A DNA stretch of 64,000 bases from Acaryochloridaceae cyanobacterium OTE_75_metabat_521 (GTDB lineage: Bacteria; Cyanobacteriota; Cyanobacteriia; Thermosynechococcales; Thermosynechococcaceae): positions 1-64,000 of the forward strand of contig JANNDV010000008.1 of assembly GCA_031387975.1 (NCBI GenBank). The letters run 5' to 3'. The position numbers were made by a program, and so were the translations under genes. Below the pieces are notes generated by a model that saw only the letters and a list, made by a program, of their open reading frames with translations, was not told the DNA's origin and ran no database searches. How positions within the stretch are numbered: position 1 is the stretch's first letter; the number at the start of each line of letters is the position of its first letter. Shown here piece by piece: positions 19,413 to 27,671 of this stretch.

Positions 19413-19500
19413 ACTGAAGGAGAGATTTTGCAAAATCTCTATTAAAAGGCTTGCCAAGTCCTCAACAGTCCGTTACGATAGTGAAGCTAAAATTCAATTC

Positions 19501-19573
<73 letters not shown>

Positions 19574-19596
19574 TTTTACTAAATTGTGATCAGAGT

Positions 19597-20679
19597 TTAG
19601 TCAATTGCAGCGGTCGTGGGACTGAGGGGCGATAGCTCCACATCAGGAGTCCGCATAATATCCGTCATGCGCTTAATCACGCTGGCAATAGGAACCGCAA
19701 TCACCAAGCCCAGAACCCCCGCAACTTTGCCGCCAATAAATAGCGCAATAATCAGCCAAATAGGATTTAGCCCAATCGAGCTACCGACCAAACGTGGAGA
19801 CACCACATTATCGTTAATTAGGCCAATCATAATTGCGGAGGCCAATACCTTTAGCCCCAAAGTAAAATCTTGGAGCGCAACCAGCACGCTAACCACCACC
19901 ACCATGACGGTGCTGGCATAGGGAATGAGCGTGGTTAAGCCAATGCTAACCCCAAATAAAACTGCGTAGGGAACCCCTAATGCCAGAAAAATTGCGGTTT
20001 GGGCGACGCTCAAAATGCCAGCCAGTAACGCCTGCGCCGCAAAGTAATTTTGAAACGTCTGCTGAAGCGAAGTTTGCAGCGGCTGGCTCCAGTTTAGGGG
20101 CAGCCAGCTAAAAATGCCCTGCCAAGATCGTTCGCCATTAAACACCATAAAAATGGTCAGCACTAACAGCAGAAAAATGTTGAATAGGCTATTGATGGTG
20201 CCCAAAATAAAGCTAAGAAGCTGACTGCTGGTGGCCTGAAGGATACCCGATAGCTGTTCAATTTCACGGGCAGCCACATCCCCAATGTTGGAAGGGAGCT
20301 TTTGGGCGATCGCCCACTTTTGAATTGCCGCTAGCTGTTGGGTACCGGAGTCAATTAAGGCGGGCAGACTGGTGACAAGTCCACTCAACTGCTCAACAAT
20401 CAGCGGCACTAACGTTAAGCCCAAAACGCCTAGGGCAAGCAGCGCCAACGTTAAGACAATGCTGATGGCAACAAACCGCTGAATGCCCCGTTGCTGAAGC
20501 AGCTGAATGGGAAAATTGAGTAAAAACGCCAAAATAATGGCCGTAACTAGCAGGCTGGCAAGGGGCTGAAGGTAGCTTAACAGCAGCAAAAATAGCCAGC
20601 CATTTAAAAATGCTAGCGGGAAAATGAGCCAGAGTCTGAGCCAGAAGGGAATCTCTTTCGGCAATTGGAGCATGGGCAC
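19597..20679 (-). CDS. AI-2E family transporter (UPF0118/PerM-like)
   Basis: 360 aa and polytopic. Its organisation and conserved C-terminal region resemble AI-2E/TqsA family transporters. A paralog lies at 42928..44079. Confidence 0.7.
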   Translation of the reverse strand: MPMLQLPKEIPFWLRLWLIFPLAFLNGWLFLLLLSYLQPLASLLVTAIILAFLLNFPIQLLQQRGIQRFVAISIVLTLALLALGVLGLTLVPLIVEQLSGLVTSLPALIDSGTQQLAAIQKWAIAQKLPSNIGDVAAREIEQLSGILQATSSQLLSFILGTINSLFNIFLLLVLTIFMVFNGERSWQGIFSWLPLNWSQPLQTSLQQTFQNYFAAQALLAGILSVAQTAIFLALGVPYAVLFGVSIGLTTLIPYASTVMVVVVSVLVALQDFTLGLKVLASAIMIGLINDNVVSPRLVGSSIGLNPIWLIIALFIGGKVAGVLGLVIAVPIASVIKRMTDIMRTPDVELSPLSPTTAAID

Positions 20680-20699
20680 CCTTTAGGACTTATGCCAGA

Positions 20700-21923
20700 T
20701 TAGCATCTCAATAAAACGTCCTTCAGGCCATCTCGAACTTGTTCTTGCTCAGCAACCGTCAGTTCAGGAAACATCGGCAAAGATAAAACCTCCAGTGCAG
20801 CTTTATCCGCTATGGGCAACTGACCGAGTTCATAGCCAAGATGCGCATAGACAGGCTGAAGATGCAGCGGTAATGGGTAGTACACCATCGACTGTATGCC
20901 TTGCTCTGCTAAAGCTGCCCGAACCTGATCGCGCCGAGGGGCTGGGGGTTCAATCCCGCTGGCGCTGAGAACCACATCTGCCGCTGAGGTAAGGGCGCGA
21001 TCGCGGCTTCTGCTGAGGTAATGCAAATCGCCGTCGTGGCTGACGCGAATGGTGTACTGATTCCATACGCTGTCTTGGTGCGCTTGGGGAATAGTAATGC
21101 CTGGGATATTGCCCAGAAGCTGAGCATAGTGCTGAGCAACCGCTTTTCGCTGAAGATTCCAATGGTTTAAATGACGCAGTTTAACGCTTAAAATTGCCGC
21201 CTGAATCGCATCTAGACGACTGTTCATGCCAATGGCTTCGTGGATATAGCCGCTGCGTCGCCCGTGGTCGCGCACAATCCGCATTTTTTCGGCGAGTGCG
21301 GCACTGTGTGTTGTAATCGCACCGCCATCACCGTAGCCCCCTAGGTTTTTGCTGGGGTAAAAGCTAAAGCAGCCAATCTCTCCAATGCTGCCTACTTTTT
21401 GCGTTTGCCCAGTTGAGTTTTGCCAAACTGCTCCTGTGGCCTGGGCGCAGTCTTCAATGACAGGTAGCGAGTATGCCTGGGCGATTGCCATTACCCGCGC
21501 CATATCTGCGGTTTGCCCAAAGAGGTGAACGGGCATAATGGCTTTTGTGCGTGGGGTAATTGCCGCCTCTAGCTGCTCGGCATCTAGGTTAAAGGTTTCG
21601 GGCGCAATATCGACAAAAACGGGCGTAGCCCCCGCCATGCTGATCACCTCTGCGGTGGCAATAAACGTAAAGGGGCTGGTGATGACCTCATCTCCTGGGC
21701 CAATATCAAAGGCGCGTAGCGCTAAATAGAGGGCATCGGTACCAGAATTACAGCTAATGCAAAACGGGGTCTGAGTATAGTCTGCGAATGCCTGCTCAAA
21801 TTGGGCAACCACGGGGCCGCCAATATACTGACTGGACGCTAATACTGCTAAAACTGCTGCATTGATATCGTCTTGAAGGGCTTGATACTGTCGGGCAAGG
21901 TCAAGGGGGGGAATGGTGTTCAC
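20700..21923 (-). CDS. DegT/DnrJ/EryC1/StrS-family PLP-dependent sugar aminotransferase
   Basis: 407 aa. The motifs match nucleotide-sugar aminotransferases, with the FSFYPSKNLG lysine motif and GDEVITSPFTF. Confidence 0.8.
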   Translation of the reverse strand: MNTIPPLDLARQYQALQDDINAAVLAVLASSQYIGGPVVAQFEQAFADYTQTPFCISCNSGTDALYLALRAFDIGPGDEVITSPFTFIATAEVISMAGATPVFVDIAPETFNLDAEQLEAAITPRTKAIMPVHLFGQTADMARVMAIAQAYSLPVIEDCAQATGAVWQNSTGQTQKVGSIGEIGCFSFYPSKNLGGYGDGGAITTHSAALAEKMRIVRDHGRRSGYIHEAIGMNSRLDAIQAAILSVKLRHLNHWNLQRKAVAQHYAQLLGNIPGITIPQAHQDSVWNQYTIRVSHDGDLHYLSRSRDRALTSAADVVLSASGIEPPAPRRDQVRAALAEQGIQSMVYYPLPLHLQPVYAHLGYELGQLPIADKAALEVLSLPMFPELTVAEQEQVRDGLKDVLLRC

Positions 21924-22160
21924 TCAATCGGTTCCTAACAATTTAAAAGGGCGCAGCCCAGAACAGACCTATACCCACTGGGGAATTGAAAGATTGCTCT
22001 ACGACTTGGATGCCACAGAATCTTTGAGCAATCGAAGAATCATTTCAGACACAAGCCTTAATGTACCGTGATCGGCTCAAATGTTCTACCGTGAGCCGCT
22101 AGTTTTTAGCAAACGTTAAGTTCATAAGCAACAATTGGGTAAGACACGCTGATTTCTCTC

Positions 22161-22856
22161 TCAATTGCTAACGCTCATTTCTTCAGCACGAGTCCCTTCA
22201 TATCCAAAAAATCTAAGTCCTTTGATCCCTGCTTCCTCAAGCGTTTCTTTAGCAGTAGGTGAGACAAAAAGAGCGGTTGTTGCTCTATCTGTAAGTCTAA
22301 ATATGGGTGGAAATCCACCAACTGGTTCCCTCAAAACAAGCTTTGGAATATAGGTGTAGACAGGATCCTCATTAAATTTAAATTCAGTCCGGTCATAGTC
22401 AATAACATCCAAATGCTCTAAGAGTTGTAAGCCTACATAATCCTCATTAAATTCCCCCATTAGAGGAACTGTTTGTCCCTTTAAGTTATACCTGCCTTGG
22501 TCTAGAAATCTGTAGTCATAAATTCGAGTTGGGATTGCTTTATAGGAAAAACTTCCTACAGAATGCAACGTGTACAGCATCCGCTTGGAAATCAAAGTCC
22601 AACCTAAGTCACATTCGAGGAAGTCAGTTTGATGAAACCGATCAAAAAAACCTAACCACTCGACAGGCTCAGGCTCATCGTAAGGTTTAGAAAAGGTAAG
22701 TTCATCACCAGAAAATCTACTTTGCCTATGAGAATTGTAAATCAACACGTCACAACTCTCTGCTTCGCCGTACTCTCGATCTAGCGGATCTTCAGGTAGT
22801 TCATGAATGCGATCAAGTTGTTGGAAGACTATATAAGCAACAATCGAATCAGTCAT
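22161..22856 (-). CDS. Putative polymorphic-toxin immunity protein, paralog 3 of a tandem array
   Basis: 231 aa. It is paralogous to 22866..23429 and 23658..24371. Shared blocks are IVAY, EDPLDREYGEAE, ISKRMLY.L.S.G.F..K, EFNEDYV.LQLLEH.D.IDYD, LVL.EPVGGFPPIFRL and EEAGIKGL.F. It sits downstream of and co-oriented with the candidate toxin gene. Confidence 0.5.
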   Translation of the reverse strand: MTDSIVAYIVFQQLDRIHELPEDPLDREYGEAESCDVLIYNSHRQSRFSGDELTFSKPYDEPEPVEWLGFFDRFHQTDFLECDLGWTLISKRMLYTLHSVGSFSYKAIPTRIYDYRFLDQGRYNLKGQTVPLMGEFNEDYVGLQLLEHLDVIDYDRTEFKFNEDPVYTYIPKLVLREPVGGFPPIFRLTDRATTALFVSPTAKETLEEAGIKGLRFFGYEGTRAEEMSVSN

Positions 22857-22865
22857 TTTTACCTC

Positions 22866-23429
22866 TTAGCTAGCCGTACTGACTTCTTGAGCGCGGGTGC
22901 CTTCATACTCAGTAAATCTAAGCCCTTTGATACCTGCTTCTTCTAAAGCTTCTTTCGTAGCAGAGGAAACGAATAACGAACCATCTTCACCGATTCTATC
23001 GAGTCTAAAAATCGGTGGAAACCCGCCAACTGGCTCTTTTAAGACAAGATTTATAACGTAGGGGGGCATATTCGGATTTAGGCGGAATCTGAAGTCAGAC
23101 TGGTCGTAATCGATACCATCTACATGTTCTAAAAGCTGCAATCCAACATAGTCTTCATTAAATTCACCTCCAGGTGCAATAGAAGGCCCTTCATAGTCAT
23201 GTTTCCCATAGCTTCCTTTACCTTGGTCTTGAAAGCTATAGTCATAAATCCGGGTAGATATTGCCTTATGGGGAAACTCACCTACAGAGCGCAATACATA
23301 GAGCATTCGTTTAGAAATAATCGGTTCAAAGCCATCGGTGCTCAAGAAATCTGTTTGATGAGGCAAACGATCCAGAAAACCTACAAAGTCAATAGGTTCT
23401 GGCCCAGGATAGGGAATCGTGTCACTCAT
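22866..23429 (-). CDS. Putative immunity protein paralog 2, N-terminally truncated by an upstream in-frame TAG
   Basis: 187 aa. The reading frame continues upstream in-frame to ATG 23583-23585, encoding MSYSIVAYK...EDPLDREYSEAEDYD, the same N-terminal module as paralogs 1 and 3. It is interrupted by TAG at 23436-23438. That stop aligns with a Trp codon in paralog 1, consistent with TGG to TAG. The ORF as called reinitiates two codons downstream. Confidence 0.5.
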   Translation of the reverse strand: MSDTIPYPGPEPIDFVGFLDRLPHQTDFLSTDGFEPIISKRMLYVLRSVGEFPHKAISTRIYDYSFQDQGKGSYGKHDYEGPSIAPGGEFNEDYVGLQLLEHVDGIDYDQSDFRFRLNPNMPPYVINLVLKEPVGGFPPIFRLDRIGEDGSLFVSSATKEALEEAGIKGLRFTEYEGTRAQEVSTAS

Positions 23430-23657
23430 GCCGCCCTAAGACAGACCTCTTGGTCTCGTAGGTTTATGAGTAATCGCATCATAATCTTCCGCCTCACTAT
23501 ACTCTCTATCCAGCGGGTCTTCAGGTAGAGAATCTAGGCGTTCGAGATTATGACCTATTTTGTAAGCAACAATCGAGTAAGACATAATGATCTCTTCTTC
23601 TAAGCAACTTCAGAATGATCTAGAGACTCACCCTGAGCAAGGCTGCCTATTTGATAT

Positions 23658-24371
23658 CTAACTAGCTGTACTGGCTTCTTGAGCGCGAGTGCCTTCGTAC
23701 TCAAGAAAATCGAGTCCTTTGATGCCTGCTTCTTCAAGGGCTTCTTTCGCAGCAGGGGAAACGAATAACGAACCATCTTCACCGATTCTATCGAGTCTAA
23801 AAATAGGTGGAAACCCGCCGACGGGTTCCTTTAAGACAAGACTTGTAACGTAGGGGGGCATATTCGGATTTAGGCGGAATCTGAATTCAGACTGATCGTA
23901 GTCAATGCCATCCACATGTTCTAGAAGCTGCAAACTCACGTAATCTTCATTAAATTCACCCGCTGGTGGAGTCGTATTCCCCTCATAATGATTTTTTCTA
24001 CCTTGATCTTGAAAGCCATAATCATAAATCCGCGTAGAAATTACCTTATGCGGAAACTCACCAAGAGAACGCAGTACGTACAGCATTCGCTTGGAGATGA
24101 TTGGCTTTAAGTCAAGATCATCTACATACAAATAGTCCGTTTGATGAAGTCGCTCATCCAGAAACCCAACAAAATCAATAGGTTCAGGGCCAGGGTAAGG
24201 TATCGTTCCTCTCGTACCGCTCCAAGGAATTTCCTTTGGCTCTGTAGGTTTATAAACCCAGGCATTATATGTTTCTGCTTCGCCATACTCCCTGTCCATT
24301 GGGTCTTCAGCTAGTGAATCTAGAAAGTCAAGACTAGGAGTCATTTTATAGGCAACTATTGGGTAAGACAC
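23658..24371 (-). CDS. Putative immunity protein paralog 1 (full length), translationally coupled to upstream toxin gene
   Basis: 237 aa. The GTG start lies 14 nt after the toxin stop, with AAGGAG in between. It is paralogous to the two downstream genes. Confidence 0.5.
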   Translation of the reverse strand: MSYPIVAYKMTPSLDFLDSLAEDPMDREYGEAETYNAWVYKPTEPKEIPWSGTRGTIPYPGPEPIDFVGFLDERLHQTDYLYVDDLDLKPIISKRMLYVLRSLGEFPHKVISTRIYDYGFQDQGRKNHYEGNTTPPAGEFNEDYVSLQLLEHVDGIDYDQSEFRFRLNPNMPPYVTSLVLKEPVGGFPPIFRLDRIGEDGSLFVSPAAKEALEEAGIKGLDFLEYEGTRAQEASTAS

Positions 24372-24385
24372 GCTGATTTCTCCTT

Positions 24386-26599
24386 TTACGCAACTTCAGA
24401 ATTATCTGAATTCTCGCCCTGAGCAAGACTCCCAGTTGGTCTGGTTATCTTCTTGAGGTCTTTATAAAGCGCTTTATCCTCATTCATTAATCCATCCCTC
24501 ATCCGTGTAAGTGATTCATCCCATACAGCCTTTATTTCCTCCTTCGTCATTTGCGGTATGAATTTTTCATTTTTACCAGAAATCCCTTTTGCCTCTCTAA
24601 TCGCGGTGATTTCATCGTCAACCACTGTCTGCATCAACGCATCAAACTTCTTGTGCTGAGTATTGTGAACAAAATCAGAGAACTGCACATTCCGATGCGC
24701 TTGCCTTGCCGCCTTGAGACTATCGAGACTATTCGCCAACTCAATGAGATTCATTGCATCGTCAGGATTCACCGCACCCAACCGTAACGCCCGCTGCCCA
24801 AAGGGCGTTGAGCGCAGCATATTGTCCGCATACAGGTGATGCACCTGAGAACCCTTTCCCAAAATCTTTCCAGGCTCCCCTGGAATCGTCTCTACATTTT
24901 TGGGATATGCGCCATCATCGACAATGCGATACTCACCCTTCGCCCCCATCTGAATTTTGCCCTTACTATCCACCTTCAAAGGCACCATCGTTTTATCAGA
25001 ACCCGACATATAAACCACCTCTCGAAACGTGCCATCCTTGAGCGGAATCTTGCCATATAGATAGCCCTCCGGCAGGTTATTCGGGTCAACCTTCGTCCCA
25101 ATAAACGACTTCACCGACCCTGCATTGGCATAATCGCCCAGCACATGCTTCTTTGCCTTCGCTGTCTTCAGCGCCTCTTCCGTCGTCATCTGCGCCGTCT
25201 GCCCTCTCATCTCACTACGCGACAGCTTACCAACCCCCACAATCTCCTGAGACGGCCTCAGCACCTCCATCACCTCATCCACCATTGATTGGGGCACCCC
25301 CTTCGCCTTCATCAAAAGTTCTCGCGCCCTCTCCAAACCTGCATCTCCCTGACGCGCCAAACTCATAACCTGCACCCACGTCTGGCGTAACACCTGCGCA
25401 CCTTGCACACTCCCCTGACCCACCAGCCGCTCCAGACCCCGAATTACCCCAACCTCAGCCCCCACATCCAGACCCGCCAGCGCCACATTCGCATAGCCCA
25501 TCACCAAATTAAACCGCGCCTGCTCCAGTGACTGACTTGTGAGCTGCCCTGCACCCCCACGCCCCGACTGTGCCGCCGCATTCAACAGCATCAAATCCGG
25601 TACATCATAGGCAAACGTCGCGCTCATCGTCCCCGCACCCACCATTCGCAGTAATGCAGCACCCCCGCGCAACTGCGGAATAAACGACGCCAGAAATAAC
25701 CCACCCCCAACGGCCTGGCCTAACTGCGACAAGCGCTCCTTATTGCCACGCTCATCCTCTAACCAACTCGTCAGATCCTTGCGTTGTGCTTGGTTATGAC
25801 CTTCCTTCAACAGCTCACTCGTCACCACAGAATCAAACAGCAGCGCTGTCGATGGATCCTTTGTTACCTCAGCGCTAAGCTTGTTGATATTGCCTCGTAT
25901 CCCATCAAACTCTTCGGGCAAACGCCTCTGCACACGCTTAATATCTTCAGGATTCGCCCCCATCTCATTCTTCACCGCAGACAGCGCCGGATACAAATAT
26001 TCGAGCGATACCTGCATCTGTTTGGCAACCGCAATGCGCTCCCCTAGCCGCTTCTTCTGCTCACTCAATGCCAACAGTCGCTTATTTTTAAAGCTGTTTT
26101 GCCTCTCTTGAGGGGTTGCCATTAAACCCATTCCATCTGGGATATCGCTGAGGTTATGAATCTCAGCCGTCGTAAATTCGAGCTGCTGCAGTAAATTCGC
26201 ATGTTGAGCCTGAAACTCACGGCGTTGTGCTGCCACCTGCCAGAGGCGTGACCAGCGATCGCTCTTAGGGTTGTTGTCCTGAAGGTATTGCGTTTGTTCT
26301 GCATTGAGACGGTCTTTGTTGGCCTTCAGCAACCCCTGTGCTCTGGCGGCAACATTGGCTTCAAACTGATGGTGAATCTGTGTTTGGGGCTGTTTACTCT
26401 TCGGTTCTGTCTCAGAAGGCTCGGATTCTTTCGCTTTTGCATCTGCACGCAGTTTCGCCTTTCGCTTTTCTTCTTCGCGAATCTTGGCTTTTCGTTTTTC
26501 TTCTTCTAGACGTAGTTTCTTCTGACGCTCTTGTTCAGCTCGGATTTTGAGTTGACGTTCTTGTTCTTCGCGACGTGCTTTCTGCGGGTCTACAAACAT
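24386..26599 (-). CDS. Candidate polymorphic toxin: KR/E-rich coiled-coil N-terminus, Gly/Ala-rich central region, C-terminal xHH-type (HNH/EndoVII-like) nuclease-like domain
   Basis: 737 aa. The C-terminal ~150 aa contain GSQVHHLYADN and a downstream HNTQHKK motif. Both motifs are shared with the orphan toxin fragment at 32736..33800. Three paralogous small genes follow on the same strand, and a copy of this gene's last ~50 nt reappears within that array. Confidence 0.5.
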   Translation of the reverse strand: MFVDPQKARREEQERQLKIRAEQERQKKLRLEEEKRKAKIREEEKRKAKLRADAKAKESEPSETEPKSKQPQTQIHHQFEANVAARAQGLLKANKDRLNAEQTQYLQDNNPKSDRWSRLWQVAAQRREFQAQHANLLQQLEFTTAEIHNLSDIPDGMGLMATPQERQNSFKNKRLLALSEQKKRLGERIAVAKQMQVSLEYLYPALSAVKNEMGANPEDIKRVQRRLPEEFDGIRGNINKLSAEVTKDPSTALLFDSVVTSELLKEGHNQAQRKDLTSWLEDERGNKERLSQLGQAVGGGLFLASFIPQLRGGAALLRMVGAGTMSATFAYDVPDLMLLNAAAQSGRGGAGQLTSQSLEQARFNLVMGYANVALAGLDVGAEVGVIRGLERLVGQGSVQGAQVLRQTWVQVMSLARQGDAGLERARELLMKAKGVPQSMVDEVMEVLRPSQEIVGVGKLSRSEMRGQTAQMTTEEALKTAKAKKHVLGDYANAGSVKSFIGTKVDPNNLPEGYLYGKIPLKDGTFREVVYMSGSDKTMVPLKVDSKGKIQMGAKGEYRIVDDGAYPKNVETIPGEPGKILGKGSQVHHLYADNMLRSTPFGQRALRLGAVNPDDAMNLIELANSLDSLKAARQAHRNVQFSDFVHNTQHKKFDALMQTVVDDEITAIREAKGISGKNEKFIPQMTKEEIKAVWDESLTRMRDGLMNEDKALYKDLKKITRPTGSLAQGENSDNSEVA

Positions 26600-26868
26600 C
26601 GTGCCAGCCTTAGTCTGTCGTCAACCGTTTATGATTTGGAAAATTAGCCCCATTTTAGTCCTACTCTCCTCGAAAAGCTTAGCGCCTTTAGTTTTATTTT
26701 TTAAGGGGGGTGCGCTATTTTCCTGGCATCCTCTGTTACTGTCAAAATCTGAATGTGTAATTGCTGCAACGGTTCAGTCCGAATACATAAGGTTCAGCGC
26801 TAAGCTTAGGATCTCAAACTGTAGCTTCAAATGAGCATTTTCCTTCACGTCTCTTTCCTTTAGGTGCC

Positions 26869-27654
26869 ATGACCAACCTGATTCAGCTACAGCCTACAGA
26901 TTTTGTGGGTGCCGTTGGCATGATGGCGATCGCAGTCGCCCTTTCCGCATGGCAGCGGCTCAACCTAGAACGGGATCTCATGGTCGCCACTGCTCGAACC
27001 ACCATTCAGCTTGTAGTGGTGGGCTATATTCTGTGGTTTGTGTTTGACCTAAAACATCCCCTCGCAGTTTTAGGGGTAATTGCCGCAATGCTGGTGATTG
27101 CCACCCTCGAAACCCGTAACCGCATTGGTAAAACGATGCCTAATGAGCTATGGCTGCTGGGCGGCTCTCTCTTGACGAGCCTCGTGATTACCCTTACCTA
27201 TACCACCGTATTGGTGATTCGCCCTGCGCTTTGGTACGACCCGCAGTATCTCATTCCCCTGGCTGGCATTGTGTTGGGGAACGTCATGAATGGGGCGGCG
27301 ATCGCCGGAGAGCGGCTGATGCAGATGGTGCAAACCCACCGCGCTGAAATCGAAACGCATCTGTGCCTGGGCGCGACCCCAGAGGAGGCGATCGCACTCT
27401 ATCGCAGAACCGCCATCCGCACTGGACTGATTCCTACCCTGAACGCCATGATGGTGGTGGGTGTAGTGACCCTACCTGGCATTATTACAGGGCAGCTCTT
27501 GAGCGGCGTCAATCCGCTAGATGCAGCGTCTTATCAAATGTTGATTATGTTTATGCTGGCCTTCTCAACCCTGGTGACAACGGTACTCGTGGTGCAGGGC
27601 TTAGCAAAGCAGTGTTTTAATGCAGCCGCCCAACTTGTCGTGCCGCAGTCTTAG
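26869..27654 (+). CDS. ABC transporter permease, FetB/YbbM (UPF0014) family
   Basis: 261 aa and polytopic. The N-terminal region (MMAIAVALSAWQRLNLERDLMVATARTTIQLVVVGYIL) resembles the FetB-type iron-export permease. No cognate ATPase lies adjacent. Confidence 0.6.
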   Translation: MTNLIQLQPTDFVGAVGMMAIAVALSAWQRLNLERDLMVATARTTIQLVVVGYILWFVFDLKHPLAVLGVIAAMLVIATLETRNRIGKTMPNELWLLGGSLLTSLVITLTYTTVLVIRPALWYDPQYLIPLAGIVLGNVMNGAAIAGERLMQMVQTHRAEIETHLCLGATPEEAIALYRRTAIRTGLIPTLNAMMVVGVVTLPGIITGQLLSGVNPLDAASYQMLIMFMLAFSTLVTTVLVVQGLAKQCFNAAAQLVVPQS

Positions 27655-27671
27655 AAGCAGATCCAACGCTC

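Noticed and set aside
19616-19921. 101-aa plus-strand ORF opposite the AI-2E transporter gene
   Set aside because: It lies entirely inside and antisense to a well-supported polytopic membrane protein gene, and its Thr/Pro-rich composition is typical of an antisense artefact.
24551-26550. Many 60-95-aa plus-strand ORFs overlapping the 737-aa gene, and the 26601..26834 ORF
   Set aside because: They lie antisense to or overlapping a long coherent coding frame, have no RBS or start context, and are low-complexity, Pro/Ser/His-rich translations typical of antisense reading of a GC-moderate gene.
26380-26599. Apparent DNA tandem repeats (ttcgcttttcttcttc…) at the 5-prime end of the 737-aa gene
   Set aside because: They encode the KR/E-rich coiled-coil (EEEKRKAKIREEEKRKAKLR) and reflect codon repetition in a low-complexity protein segment, not a non-coding repeat array.
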